From the NCBI RefSeq assembly GCF_001194135.2, contig NC_068981.1, positions 168,359,809-168,423,710 of the forward strand: a stretch of 63,902 nucleotides of DNA. Reading direction: 5' to 3'. This DNA is from Octopus bimaculoides (taxonomy: Eukaryota). This document shows, piece after piece, positions 63,341-63,902 of this stretch (position 1 is the first letter of the stretch; every line of letters begins with the position of its first letter). The position numbers and the translations under genes are program-made. The notes under the pieces are model-generated. The model did no database searches, had not been told where the DNA came from, and was given only the letters and a program-made list of their open reading frames with translations.

Positions 63341-63619
63341 AAAAGGAACACACTACTGAAGCGAAACGAAGTGGTTTAAATCATGCTTGATGACAACAGC
63401 TATCTAAAGGAAGCAATGAAATAATAAAAACAATCTAATAAATTCCTAACAGACGCAAAATATAAAATAATGAGAAAACAAAACAAAATCAAATAAGTTT
63501 TCATTTAAATTTTCTTAGTAATTCATTGATCTCTTTTAAACGACTGCCTCTCTTTCCTTATCTCTGTATCACTATCTACCTATCATTCTCGTATATATAT
63601 ATAAATGTATATTCTTTTA

Positions 63620-63830
63620 TTTCTTTTATTCTTTTATTTGTTTCAGTCATTTGACTGCGGCCATGCTGGAGCACCGCCTTTAGTCGAACAAATCCACCCC
63701 AGGACTTATTCTATCGGTTTCTTTTGGCGAACCGCTACGTTGCGGGGACGTAAACATACAAACATCGGTTGTCAAACGATAGTTAGGGGGAGGAACAAAC
63801 ACAGGCAGACAGACAGACACACACACACAC
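63620..63830 (-). mobile_element. SINE family A, 3' half
   Basis: Matches 4645-4850. Confidence 0.85.
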
Positions 63831-63902
63831 ACACATACAAACACACACACACACAAAGCTGTTACTTCTTTGGTACTTGTGTAAATATATATATGTATGT
63901 AT

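Overview
AT-rich, repeat-dense eukaryotic DNA with 7 N-gaps. The SINE families, (AT)n/(CAT)n/(AAT)n microsatellites and composition suggest an octopus (coleoid cephalopod) genome; this is inferred. Two spliced genes can be rebuilt by hand, both on the minus strand. (1) A complete MCRIP/FAM195-family gene spans 63251 to 17689 and gives a 156-aa product. Its fifth coding exon exists as two paralogous 54-nt copies (28866-28919 and 22958-23011), which look like mutually exclusive exons. (2) The 5' part of a QRICH2/C16orf96-family gene has coding exons at 5573-6286, 899-973 and 294-371 and runs off the window; its two small exons are repeats of one another. The rest is mostly transposon-derived: tRNA-SINEs (CORE-type and Deu/Nin-type), RTE LINE fragments and their 3' tails, DD37D maT and DD34D mariner remnants, about 10 copies of a TTAA-flanked piggyBac-like MITE, stacked hAT/Charlie MITEs, and Penelope-like and REL-endonuclease retroelement remnants. 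Other notable features are a 96-bp-arm tRNA-like palindrome, several pre-miRNA-sized hairpins, and a dense YY1/NRF1/ETS motif cluster at about 9.7 kb. Nearly all ORFs in the supplied track are microsatellite, gap or repeat artefacts.
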